Shown piece after piece: positions 18,861 through 27,557 of a stretch of 64,000 bases of DNA. Source of the stretch: an uncultured Gammaproteobacteria bacterium (lineage in GTDB: Bacteria; Patescibacteriota; Microgenomatia; Daviesbacterales; UBA10151). The position numbers and the translations under genes are program-made. The notes beneath the pieces were generated by a model. It was not told the origin of the DNA and did not search any database. It saw only the letters and a program-made list of their open reading frames with translations. The stretch's first letter is position 1. The number at the start of each line of letters is the position of its first letter. The stretch lies in assembly GCA_964625535.1 (NCBI GenBank), contig CAZVEX010000001.1:295-64294 (forward strand), given 5' to 3'.

Positions 18861-19741
18861 ATCCGAAGATATCTTCTGGTGGCGCCAAATGATCCCACTG
18901 CTCCCACTAAACAGGCCAGCAAAATAGCAAGTATAAGCAAAAATATCATCAATACAGGGCTGGGGGGCAAAAGTTTGATTTCACCCAGGTATCCCCCTTG
19001 AATAAAGGGAGTAAAATACCAAAGCAGGATGTAAATGACCGCCCAGGCAAATGTGGCGCCCACCACTCCATAAAACATTCCTTCCAGAATAAAAGGCATT
19101 CTGATAAATGATGTTGATGCCCCCATCAGACGCATGGTTTCGATTTCATTTCGCTTAAGCCTGATCTTAAACCCGATGATCATCAAAATTTGCAGGATGG
19201 CATAAAGTATCAGGTAGGTTACAATTACTCCGCCAACGATTCTAACTACCAGGGTGGCGGTAGAGAGGTTAGCTACTACATCTTCGGGAAAGACCACATC
19301 TTCCACCACCGGTTCCTGTTTTAGGATTTCAGCTACCGGAGCTAAATCTTGCAAAGTTAGAGTGGAAACTTCTAGGGATGGGGGTAGGGTGCTGGCTGTC
19401 ACCAGTTCAACCAAGAGTGGGTCTTTGCCCTGATTAAACTTTTTATAAATTTGCAGGGCCTCTTCCCGGGAAACATATTTGGTTTTGGTGACCTGGTAGT
19501 AGCTTTTCAGGTTGTCTTCTATGGCCTGAATATCTTCTTCGGTGGTGCCGTCTTTAAAAAAGGCGATGACTTGAGGTCTTGACTCATAATATTGTAAAGT
19601 TGCTTGCAACCCGATAGAAATAAGCAGGAAACCGATCAGGGCCAAAAAGGCCGAAAACATGGCCAGGGAGGCGGCTGCGGCCTGAAAGGGGGTTCTTTTA
19701 ATGTTTCTTTTGGCAAATTTAATGTAGTTTCCCAAACTCAT
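18857..19741 (-). CDS. ftsX: Cell division permease FtsX
   Basis: Four-TM layout, YVSREEAL, LPPSLEV, EIETMRLMGA..FIRMPFILEG; adjacent to ftsE. Confidence 0.92.
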   Translation of the reverse strand: MSLGNYIKFAKRNIKRTPFQAAAASLAMFSAFLALIGFLLISIGLQATLQYYESRPQVIAFFKDGTTEEDIQAIEDNLKSYYQVTKTKYVSREEALQIYKKFNQGKDPLLVELVTASTLPPSLEVSTLTLQDLAPVAEILKQEPVVEDVVFPEDVVANLSTATLVVRIVGGVIVTYLILYAILQILMIIGFKIRLKRNEIETMRLMGASTSFIRMPFILEGMFYGVVGATFAWAVIYILLWYFTPFIQGGYLGEIKLLPPSPVLMIFLLILAILLACLVGAVGSFGATRRYLRI

Positions 19742-20412
19742 TCGTATTTACCCTCCTTAGTGTCTTTGGTGATCTTACCCGCTTTTAGAGTTATTACTCG
19801 CCGCTTCAAGGTATTGACAATTTCTTGGTTGTGAGTAGCCATCAGGATGGTGGTGCCCCAGGAGTTGATCTCATTGAGCAGCTGAATCACTCCCCAGGCT
19901 GTTTTAGGGTCTAAATCGCCGGTTGGCTCATCAGCCAAAACTATGTCGGGTTTACCCACCACCGCCCGGGCAATGACAGTGCGCTGAGCCTCCCCTCCGG
20001 AAAGTTGTCGCGGGAACAAATTCCGCCTATCCCAAATTTCCACCAGTTTTAGAGTATGTTCCACGGCCCTCCCAATTTCCTCATCGGATTTACCCAAAAC
20101 TTCCAAGGCCAGGGCCACCTGCTCAAAAACGGTCCTGTCGTCCAGTAGCTTGAAATCCTGGAAAACTACCCCCACTTTTCTCCTCAAATTTGGGATCTCA
20201 CCGTTTTTTAGTTTAGTAATGTCCATTTTATTAACAACGACTGTGCCGCTTGTGGGTATTACTTCCCGGGTTAGAATTCTCAAAAGGGTGGTTTTACCCG
20301 CTCCGGAGGGTCCAACCAAAAAGACGAACTCTCCCTGTTTAATTTCCAGGGAAATGTCATCCAGAGCGGTAGCTGAACCAAACTTTTTGAAGACTTTGTC
20401 AAATAAGATCAT
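19738..20412 (-). CDS. ftsE: Cell division ABC ATPase FtsE
   Basis: GPSGAGKTT, GVVFQDFKLL, LSGGE, LADEPTGDLD, ATH. Confidence 0.95.
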   Translation of the reverse strand: MILFDKVFKKFGSATALDDISLEIKQGEFVFLVGPSGAGKTTLLRILTREVIPTSGTVVVNKMDITKLKNGEIPNLRRKVGVVFQDFKLLDDRTVFEQVALALEVLGKSDEEIGRAVEHTLKLVEIWDRRNLFPRQLSGGEAQRTVIARAVVGKPDIVLADEPTGDLDPKTAWGVIQLLNEINSWGTTILMATHNQEIVNTLKRRVITLKAGKITKDTKEGKYE

Positions 20413-20837
20413 TCTACTACTTCAACTCGCCCAACATCCATCAGCCATCCTGCTTCCAGAGCCTTTTGGGTTTCGCCGTATACTTTAACTTTTTTACCTT
20501 CATACAGGGATAAGTCCACCACGGAAGAAGTTAAGGCTACAGGTGGTGTGGAGTCTCTTTGCAAAAGATGAGTTCCTTCGACATATTCTGACGGATCTTT
20601 GGGCTCTGGTCTGGCCGTGAGGGTTCCTTCGGCAAAATCTCTAAAAGTCCGGGTGTCCTGCTGGGGATTTTTAGGTTGGCCTGCCAGCGGAGCGGCGGAG
20701 CGCTTGCCTGCTATCAGATATCCTGTTAAAACTCCCAAAACCAAAGAGAAGATTAAAACTCCCAGGAGAACTCTTTTGGGACTGGCATCTTTGAAAAACT
20801 TCTTGGTAATTTTTTCCCCGCCTTCGAGAGTTTCCAT
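20409..20837 (-). CDS. Hypothetical single-pass membrane protein coupled to ftsE
   Basis: One TM plus a small beta-rich domain; stop overlaps the ftsE start (ATGA). Confidence 0.75.
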   Translation of the reverse strand: METLEGGEKITKKFFKDASPKRVLLGVLIFSLVLGVLTGYLIAGKRSAAPLAGQPKNPQQDTRTFRDFAEGTLTARPEPKDPSEYVEGTHLLQRDSTPPVALTSSVVDLSLYEGKKVKVYGETQKALEAGWLMDVGRVEVVE

Positions 20838-20853
20838 AGCGACTTTATCTATA

Positions 20854-21831
20854 TTAACCCTTTATCACTTCCGCGTCAATAAACTGTTCTAAATCTCCAT
20901 CCAAAACGGAATTTGTATCTTGAGTTTCCACTTGGGTGCGAAGGTCCTTGACCATATGGTAAGGATGTAAAACATAAGATCTGATTTGAGTGCCCCATGA
21001 AGCTTGGGTGGTGCTTTTTAAGCTTTGGGTCTGGGTTTGTTTTTCAGTTTGTTGCAGGGTCCAAAGTTTGGCCCGAAGTAACTTCGTGGCATTTTCCCGA
21101 TTTTGTAGTTGTGACCTCTCTGTTTGGGCAGTCACCACCAGCCCCGTAGGAATGTGTCTTAATCTGACAGCAGTGTTGACCTTATTAACATTTTGGCCTC
21201 CCGCTCCGCCGGACCTGAATGCTTCAAATTCTATTTCATCCTCTTTAATTTCCAGTTCTACATTTTCAATTACCGGCAAGACTTCAACTAAGGCAAAAGA
21301 TGTTTGCCGCAGTTTATCTGCATTAAATGGAGATTGTCTCACTAATCTGTGAGTGCCTGCTTCACCTTTCAAGTAGCCGTATGCTAGGGGAGCATGGACA
21401 ATCATGGAAACTGATTTGTATCCGGCCTCTTCCCCTAAACTTTCATCAGAAACTTCATATTTCCAGCCTTTTCTTTCAAAAAATCTCTGGTACATGCGAT
21501 AAAGCATGCCGGCCCAATCCATGGCTTCCACCCCTCCTGTGCCGGAATGGATAGAAACTATGGCTTCGGATTGATCGTGCGGACCAGAAAGATAAGTCTT
21601 GAGCTCAAACTCTTTTAATAATTTTTCATTTAAGTTTTGCTCCAAATTTTCCAGGATGTCCAGAGTTTTTTGTTTATCTGCCAGTTCTTGCGAAGCCTTG
21701 GTGGCCTTTTCTCTATCATCCCAAAATCCGGGTTGCGTCATTTGACTTTCCAACTGCCTGATTTCCCCACGCAAAACCTCCCGATCAAAAGATTTCGAAA
21801 TTTTCTCAAACCTAACTTTTAAATCATCCAT
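20854..21831 (-). CDS. prfB: Peptide chain release factor 2, continuous ORF
   Basis: SPF specificity motif, GGQ, WGTQIRSYV. Confidence 0.96.
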   Translation of the reverse strand: MDDLKVRFEKISKSFDREVLRGEIRQLESQMTQPGFWDDREKATKASQELADKQKTLDILENLEQNLNEKLLKEFELKTYLSGPHDQSEAIVSIHSGTGGVEAMDWAGMLYRMYQRFFERKGWKYEVSDESLGEEAGYKSVSMIVHAPLAYGYLKGEAGTHRLVRQSPFNADKLRQTSFALVEVLPVIENVELEIKEDEIEFEAFRSGGAGGQNVNKVNTAVRLRHIPTGLVVTAQTERSQLQNRENATKLLRAKLWTLQQTEKQTQTQSLKSTTQASWGTQIRSYVLHPYHMVKDLRTQVETQDTNSVLDGDLEQFIDAEVIKG

Positions 21832-21837
21832 AGGGAA

Positions 21838-21846
21838 ATTATAGCA
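21838..21846 (-). promoter_or_regulatory. Extended -10 TGCTATAAT, 6 nt before the prfB ATG
   Basis: Reverse complement of 21838-21846. Confidence 0.75.
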
Positions 21847-21891
21847 GTGTGTTGCCTAATATTGCCAGATATTTCCAGAAAATTATGAAAT

Positions 21892-22491
21892 TTATGCCGC
21901 AGATGTTTCGATTTTGGAGATTAGCCAATTAGGAGTTACCTCCAACCCTGTAAATCCAATCACCTCGTAAATTTGTGCTACCCCAAGAGATGTGATTCTA
22001 TGAAGAGCATCAAGAAGTCTTTCTGGTAATAAATAATCTTTTTGTCGTTTTACCAATTCATCAACAATTCCGGCATCTCTTCTTGTTTCTTCATGTATCC
22101 ATCCTACGGTGCTACTTAAACGCCTTAATAATTCTTCTCCCAGATTTGTTACTCGCTGTGCAGTTTCCCTTTGATATACCGTGGTTATAATTTCTCTCGC
22201 CAATTCTCCAGCTAAATTTATTCTTTTTGGTTCATGCAAGTCAAAAGGTTTTTCTGAATCTGCAACTAAAGCTAGTTTCCTTATGCCCGGATTACCCCAA
22301 AACAATCTGCTGTCAATTTCCCCCTCGGCTATGTAGGAGACGAGTTGACCTTGAGAGTTCATCCTGAATCCTTCTCTACCTACCCTCATACCCATTAGCC
22401 CATATGAATATTGAGGGTCTCCTCTGTCGTCAATGATTATCCTCGCCCAGTTGATATCTGGATATGAATCCACAGTTAAAATTTCCGCCAT
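21892..22491 (-). CDS. Hypothetical soluble protein (orphan)
   Basis: 199-aa ORF filling the gap, with its own consensus promoter; no recognised motif. Confidence 0.7.
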   Translation of the reverse strand: MAEILTVDSYPDINWARIIIDDRGDPQYSYGLMGMRVGREGFRMNSQGQLVSYIAEGEIDSRLFWGNPGIRKLALVADSEKPFDLHEPKRINLAGELAREIITTVYQRETAQRVTNLGEELLRRLSSTVGWIHEETRRDAGIVDELVKRQKDYLLPERLLDALHRITSLGVAQIYEVIGFTGLEVTPNWLISKIETSAA

Positions 22492-22499
22492 AATGACCT

Positions 22500-22528
22500 A
22501 TAATACCAAGTTTTCTCGTATTTGTCAA
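22500..22528 (-). promoter_or_regulatory. TTGACA-N17-TATTAT (TG-extended), 8 nt before ATG 22491
   Basis: Reverse complement of 22500-22528. Confidence 0.7.
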
Positions 22529-22550
22529 TAATTATTAAGCCTGATAGAAT
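22522..22550 (+). promoter_or_regulatory. TTGTCA-N17-TAGAAT (TG-extended), 6 nt before the tsaB ATG
   Basis: Read directly; -35 overlaps the opposite-strand -35. Confidence 0.7.
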
Positions 22551-22556
22551 TTAGGC

Positions 22557-22841
22557 ATGATTCTTTATATCAATACCAAAGAGCAGAAGGGAATTTCCGT
22601 AGCTTTGAAAGAAAAGGGAAAGGTCATTCAAAGTTTATCTGCCCAAAATAAGTTTGGGTCACAGGTTTTGTTACCTCTGGTAACAAAACTACTTAAAAAT
22701 GACATAAATGCAATTGAAGTGGAGACTGGACCTGGATCATTTACAGGTCTTAGAGTGGGGGTTGCTGTGGCTAATGCACTGGCATTCTCATTAAATATTT
22801 CTGTTAATGGTAAGAAAATAGAAACAGATTTGATATACTAG
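22557..22841 (+). CDS. tsaB: Minimal TsaB (N-terminal half only)
   Basis: ILYINT start, SQVLLP, GPGSFTGLRVGVAVANALA. Confidence 0.85.
   Translation: MILYINTKEQKGISVALKEKGKVIQSLSAQNKFGSQVLLPLVTKLLKNDINAIEVETGPGSFTGLRVGVAVANALAFSLNISVNGKKIETDLIY
22831..22839 (+). promoter_or_regulatory. Extended -10 TGATATACT inside the 3' end of tsaB, 6 nt before ATG 22846
   Basis: TGnTAnnnT-N6-ATG. Confidence 0.6.
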
Positions 22842-22845
22842 ATAC

Positions 22846-23715
22846 ATGGCTTGGCAGCACTGGTTTTTACCTCACAAAGATACTCATCAAAAAGCCAAAC
22901 TGATTTCCTGGGAAGGATTAGTGATCTATATTCTGATTTTTATTTTCCTGCAGGTTGGTTTTTCCATAGTAGGTTATACCAAACCCGGAGTATTGGGAAT
23001 CTCGGGAAATATTGATCAAAAAAAACTGATTGAACTGACAAATCTGGAAAGAGAAAAAATGGGTTTGCCTAAAGTTTCGGAAAACCCGGCTCTGGATCAA
23101 GCTGCAGCGCTTAAAGCCCAAAACATGTTTTCCGAAAATTATTGGGCTCATTTTGCCCCATCAGGCAAGACCCCATGGGATTTTATTTTAGGTTCAGGCT
23201 ATAAATTTACCTATGCCGGGGAAAATCTGGCTAAGAATTTTTATAACTCCGATGAAGTGGTCAAGGCCTGGATGAACTCATCTACTCACAGAGACAATCT
23301 GCTGAATGCTAAATATATTGACATTGGCATTGCCGTGGTGGAGGGAGTGTTGAATGGACAGAAAACCACCCTGGTGGTGCAAATGTTTGGCTCAACCAAG
23401 TCCGGTTTTACCCAACCGATTGTATCCGCAGGCGGACAAAAGGTAGCGGTGCCAAAAGAGAAATATCTTAATGCTCCCGCGCTTTTTGCTGAAACGCGGG
23501 GTGAAAATGTCAAGCCTGTCCTGGATCCGTACCTGTTTACCAAAACGGCAGGATTTGCCCTGATATTTTTCGTGACTTTCTTACTGGCTGTTGATCTGGT
23601 AATTTTGAAAAAACGCGGAGTATTTCGGGTGTCGTCTTCCAGAGTGGCCCATATGGCAATTCTGGGAGTGGCAGCAGCCACACTGATAAGCAGCACTCCG
23701 GGAGCAATATTGTGA
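22846..23715 (+). CDS. Membrane-anchored CAP (SCP) domain protein
   Basis: TNLER, KAQNM..NYWAH, AGENLA, WMNSSTHRDNLL, IGIAV; TMs at both ends. Confidence 0.9.
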   Translation: MAWQHWFLPHKDTHQKAKLISWEGLVIYILIFIFLQVGFSIVGYTKPGVLGISGNIDQKKLIELTNLEREKMGLPKVSENPALDQAAALKAQNMFSENYWAHFAPSGKTPWDFILGSGYKFTYAGENLAKNFYNSDEVVKAWMNSSTHRDNLLNAKYIDIGIAVVEGVLNGQKTTLVVQMFGSTKSGFTQPIVSAGGQKVAVPKEKYLNAPALFAETRGENVKPVLDPYLFTKTAGFALIFFVTFLLAVDLVILKKRGVFRVSSSRVAHMAILGVAAATLISSTPGAIL

Positions 23716-23876
23716 TGAAAAACGAACTTTATATTTTAACTGTTGCCATCCTTGCCTATCTCATTTGGGCCCTCTGGCACCATCGCCGGGACAAAAGTTT
23801 GACTTTGCCTATTTTGATAGAGTATCTTTTAACTGCTGCTCTTTCTTTAGTTTTATTAACAGGAGTTTTATTGTGA
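23715..23876 (+). CDS. 53-aa two-TM protein absent from the ORF track (MKNELYILTVAILAYLIWALWHHRRDKSLTLPILIEYLLTAALSLVLLTGVLL)
   Basis: ATG overlaps the CAP stop (TGATG); TGA overlaps the rmlA GTG start; exactly fills the gap. Confidence 0.75.
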   Translation: MKNELYILTVAILAYLIWALWHHRRDKSLTLPILIEYLLTAALSLVLLTGVLL

Positions 23877-24955
23877 AAGCCATTATACCTACAGGCGGTC
23901 GCGGAACAAGGATGCGGCCTTTAACTTTTTCCGCCAATAAACATTTTATTCCCCTGGCGAACAAGCCGATTATTTTTTACCCGATTGAAACTGTAGCGGA
24001 TGCCGGTATTAAAGAAGTAGCCATCACATATAACCCGCAAGGACAGGAGGAAGCAAAAGAGATTTTAGGCGACGGTTCAAGGTGGGGACTAAAATTTAGC
24101 TATGTTTTGCAGGAGAAACCAAAAGGCCTGGCTAACATTTTTCAAGTTTGCGAAGAATTCTTAAATGGGGAAGCTTTTGTCCTGCATTTGGGGGATAATA
24201 TTTTTGTAAACGGCATCAAAAATCTGGTTGATTTTTTTGTTAGTGAGCGCCCAAATGCCCTTTTAACCTATCTTCAACATTCAGACAACAAAAGATTGGG
24301 AGTTCCTTTTTTTGATGAAAAAGGAGACCTCATTCGTTATGTAGAAAAACCGGAAAATCCTCCCAATGACTTTGGCATCCCGGGTCTTTATTTTTTTGAT
24401 CATCATGTTTTTGAGTGCTTTAAAGGGAAAGATGCCATCAAGGCATCAGCGCGGGGGGAGCTGGAAATTTCCGATCCGTATAACTGGTTAATAGATCATG
24501 GCTTTAAAGTTGAGGCAAAGGAGTATGAAGGCAAATGGATGGATCCGGGCAAATTTGATGACTTCTTGGAGGCCAATCAGTATATTTTGCAGCATCAGCT
24601 GGAAGAGAAAAGAGAAAGTGAACCTGACGCCGGCAGCAAGATAACAGGCAAGGTATCAATCGGCAAAGACTGCATTATTAAAAGATCTCTCATTCATGGT
24701 CCGTTAATCATTGGAGACGGCTGTGTGATTGAAGATTCTTCTATCGGTCAATATACATCAGTTGGTGATGTATGCAGAATCAGGGATAGTAAGATAGAAA
24801 ACAGTGTTTTGATGAAAGGCGTCAAGATCCAGGGCGTCAGGGAGCATCCGTTAGCAAGCAGTCTGATAGGGACAGACAGTGAAGTCTTTGGATCCAATGG
24901 TAAAGGGGCAGCGACCTCTCTTTTTGTAGGAGAAAAGTGTAAAATACAAGTCTAG
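23873..24955 (+). CDS. rmlA: Glucose-1-phosphate thymidylyltransferase, long form
   Basis: GTG start with AGGAG 7 nt upstream; GGRGTRMRPLT, LGDN, EKP, RGELEI; C-terminal hexapeptide repeats. Confidence 0.9.
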   Translation: MKAIIPTGGRGTRMRPLTFSANKHFIPLANKPIIFYPIETVADAGIKEVAITYNPQGQEEAKEILGDGSRWGLKFSYVLQEKPKGLANIFQVCEEFLNGEAFVLHLGDNIFVNGIKNLVDFFVSERPNALLTYLQHSDNKRLGVPFFDEKGDLIRYVEKPENPPNDFGIPGLYFFDHHVFECFKGKDAIKASARGELEISDPYNWLIDHGFKVEAKEYEGKWMDPGKFDDFLEANQYILQHQLEEKRESEPDAGSKITGKVSIGKDCIIKRSLIHGPLIIGDGCVIEDSSIGQYTSVGDVCRIRDSKIENSVLMKGVKIQGVREHPLASSLIGTDSEVFGSNGKGAATSLFVGEKCKIQV

Positions 24956-25957
24956 ATGAAACTATTAATTACTGGCGGGGCCGGTTTTATCGGCTCCAAT
25001 TTTATACATTATTGGTTGAAAAATCATCCGGATGATCAAATAGTTAATCTGGACGCTCTCACCTATGCCGGACATCTGGAGAGCCTAAAAGACATAGAAA
25101 GAAACCCAAATTATAAGTTTGTTAAAGGAGATATTTCAGACGAGAATGCAGTGAAACAAGTTATGAATGAGGTAGATACTGCGGTGCATTTTGCAGCGGA
25201 ATCTCATGTTGATCGTTCAATTATCAACCCTTTGCAATTTGTCAGGACTAATGTTTTAGGAACGGCTGTTTTATTAAACGCCGCCCTAGATGCTAAAGTT
25301 AAAAGATTTCATCACGTTTCATCGGATGAGGTATATGGTCAGCTTGGGCCAAATGATCCGTCATTTAAGGAAGATACACCTTACAGACCGCGCACCCCCT
25401 ATGCTGCTTCCAAAGCAGGATCAGATCATCTGGTCAGAGCTTATAATCAAACATATGGATTGCCTGTAACCATTACCAATTGTGCCAATAATTTTGGTCC
25501 CTATCAGGATCCGGAAAAGCTGATCCCAAGATTTATCACTAATTTACTGGAAGGTAAAAAAGTGCCTTTAATGGGTAAAGGAGAAAATATCCGGGAATGG
25601 CTTTATGTTGAAGATCATGCAAAAGCCATTGATCTGGTTTTGCAAAAAGGGCAAATAGGAGAAACCTATTTGGTGCAGGGAGAAGAAAAAACAAATTTGG
25701 AGGTGACCAGGAAATTGCTACAGATTTTGGGAATGGATGAATCTATGATAGATTATGTTCCGCACCGCCTTGGGCATGATTTCCGCTACGCCACCGACGG
25801 TGCAAAAGTGACGGCGCTGGGATGGAAAAGGCAGCACAATTTTGATGAGGGTTTGGTAGAAACGGTTCGTTTCTACAAAGAGAACAAATGGTGGTGGGGA
25901 AGCTTAAAACAAGACAGGCCAAATGTGGACAGGGGAGCTCAAAAATCTTATGGATAA
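24956..25957 (+). CDS. rmlB: dTDP-glucose 4,6-dehydratase
   Basis: GGAGFIG, DALTYAG, FAAESHVDRSI, SDEVYG, YAASK, RLGHDFRY. Confidence 0.95.
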   Translation: MKLLITGGAGFIGSNFIHYWLKNHPDDQIVNLDALTYAGHLESLKDIERNPNYKFVKGDISDENAVKQVMNEVDTAVHFAAESHVDRSIINPLQFVRTNVLGTAVLLNAALDAKVKRFHHVSSDEVYGQLGPNDPSFKEDTPYRPRTPYAASKAGSDHLVRAYNQTYGLPVTITNCANNFGPYQDPEKLIPRFITNLLEGKKVPLMGKGENIREWLYVEDHAKAIDLVLQKGQIGETYLVQGEEKTNLEVTRKLLQILGMDESMIDYVPHRLGHDFRYATDGAKVTALGWKRQHNFDEGLVETVRFYKENKWWWGSLKQDRPNVDRGAQKSYG

Positions 25958-26498
25958 AAAAAATATTACAAAAACGTCAATTCCTGGGCTGTTAATTTTG
26001 GAAAGACCGATTTTTGAAGACGAGAGAGGTTTTTTTCGGGAAATTTTTCATATGGATCAGCTGGAAAAAGCACTTGGATTTGAGTTTAAGCCGATTCAGA
26101 TGAATCATTCAAGATCTATGCCGCGGGTTCTTCGCGGTTTGCACGCCGAGCAGTGGAACAAATTGATTTACCCGGTCACCGGGACGGTATTTTTGGCTAT
26201 TGTCGATTTAAGGCCGTCCTCGCCAACTTTTGCCAAAGTGGAAACTTTTACCATAGATGAGAGGCATAGATACGGTTTGTTTATACCCAATGGTTTTGCC
26301 AATTCTGTCTGCGTGGTGGGAGAGGATCCGGTTGATTATATTTATTTGACAGACGCTTACTGGGATGGATCAGATCAAAGGGCCATTGCCTGGGATGATC
26401 CGGATTTGGCAGTAGAGTGGCCAATAAAAGATCCGATTATCTCCCCAAGGGATAGAAATAATCCCAAACTTCGGGATCTGTTTCCGGAGAAATTTTAA
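25950..26498 (+). CDS. rmlC: dTDP-4-dehydrorhamnose 3,5-epimerase
   Basis: DERGFFRE, LRGLHAE, VDLRPSSPTF, WDDPDLAVEWP, SPRD. Confidence 0.92.
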   Translation: MDKKNITKTSIPGLLILERPIFEDERGFFREIFHMDQLEKALGFEFKPIQMNHSRSMPRVLRGLHAEQWNKLIYPVTGTVFLAIVDLRPSSPTFAKVETFTIDERHRYGLFIPNGFANSVCVVGEDPVDYIYLTDAYWDGSDQRAIAWDDPDLAVEWPIKDPIISPRDRNNPKLRDLFPEKF

Positions 26499-26506
26499 AC
26501 AGATGG

Positions 26507-26536
26507 TTGACGAGATAGCCTCCCATTAGATATAGT
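26507..26536 (+). promoter_or_regulatory. TTGACG-N18-TATAGT promoter, 10 nt before the gmd ATG
   Basis: Occupies the 48-bp rmlC-gmd gap. Confidence 0.55.
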
Positions 26537-26546
26537 AGAGCAAGCT

Positions 26547-27557
26547 ATGACAAAAAGAGCTTTTATTACAGGAATTTCCGGACAAGACGGATCATATTTG
26601 ACCGAAATTTTACTTGATAAAGGGTATGCGGTGGGTGGTTTAATTCGAAGAAACGCCACGGCAGAAATGGGCAATATTGATGATTTCAAAGAAGAAATTA
26701 AAATTTACTATGGCGATTTACAATCCCCCGAATCAATAGCTTTGGCTCTTTTGGATTTTAAGCCGGATGAAATCTATAATCTGGCTTCTTTTTCCTCTCC
26801 TTTGGGATCTTTTGCCGACAAGCTTGGTTCAATTATGATTACGGGAGTGGGAGCCTTTCATGTTTTTGAGAGAGCTAAAGATGTGGTTCCCGAAGCCAAA
26901 ATTTATCAGGCATCCACTTCGGAAATGTTTGGCGCGCCCCGGGAAGTGCCGCAGGACGAGACTACCCCGCTTAATCCCAAAAACCCCTATGCCGTGGCCA
27001 AAGAATATGCCCACAGAATGGCGATCATTGCCAGGGAAGACAGCAAAAATCCCCAGTTTATCTCTTGCGGCATCCTTTTTAACCACGAAAGTCCCCGCCG
27101 GGGCTTGAATTTTGTCACCAGAAAAATTACTGCCGCAGTTGCCTGTATTAAAAATGACAGAAAGGAGGATGTTCCTTTAAACGAGATAGGGGAGCCGATT
27201 GTCCAAAATGGTAAACTTAAACTGGGGGATTTGGGGGCAAAAAGGGACTGGGGCTATGCCCCGGATTATGTTGAGGCCATGTGGTTAATGTTGCAGCAGG
27301 AAAGAGCTGATGATTTTGTGATAGCTACAGGAGAAACCCACACCGTAGGGGAGTTTGCAGAGGAAGCGTTTAAAGTGGTTGGTCTAAACTGGAAAGATTA
27401 TGTGGTGACAGATCCTCATTTTGTTCCGCCGGTTCAAACAGGTCCCTTGCAGGGAAATCCGGCCAAAGCCAAAAAAGTCTTGGGTTGGGAGCCGAAAACA
27501 GCCTTCAAGGATCTGGTTAAAATTATGATTCATGCCGATCTTGCCAAGTTCTCTTAA
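26547..27557 (+). CDS. gmd: GDP-mannose 4,6-dehydratase (divergent)
   Basis: ITGISGQDGSYL, QASTSEMFG, PYAVAK, GILFNHESPRRG..FVTRKI, RDWG. Confidence 0.9.
   Translation: MTKRAFITGISGQDGSYLTEILLDKGYAVGGLIRRNATAEMGNIDDFKEEIKIYYGDLQSPESIALALLDFKPDEIYNLASFSSPLGSFADKLGSIMITGVGAFHVFERAKDVVPEAKIYQASTSEMFGAPREVPQDETTPLNPKNPYAVAKEYAHRMAIIAREDSKNPQFISCGILFNHESPRRGLNFVTRKITAAVACIKNDRKEDVPLNEIGEPIVQNGKLKLGDLGAKRDWGYAPDYVEAMWLMLQQERADDFVIATGETHTVGEFAEEAFKVVGLNWKDYVVTDPHFVPPVQTGPLQGNPAKAKKVLGWEPKTAFKDLVKIMIHADLAKFS

Noticed and set aside
23765-23872. Extended rmlA N-terminus in the ORF track (likewise the early starts at 3656, 4269, 5473, 9276, 25923, 59320, 60483, 61684)
   Set aside because: Downstream starts match family N-termini and stop/start coupling better
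25950-26498. RmlC with GFAN instead of GFAH
   Set aside because: Matches the streptococcal-type RmlC pattern (RGLHAE.W.K ... ANG/S), so not evidence of inactivation
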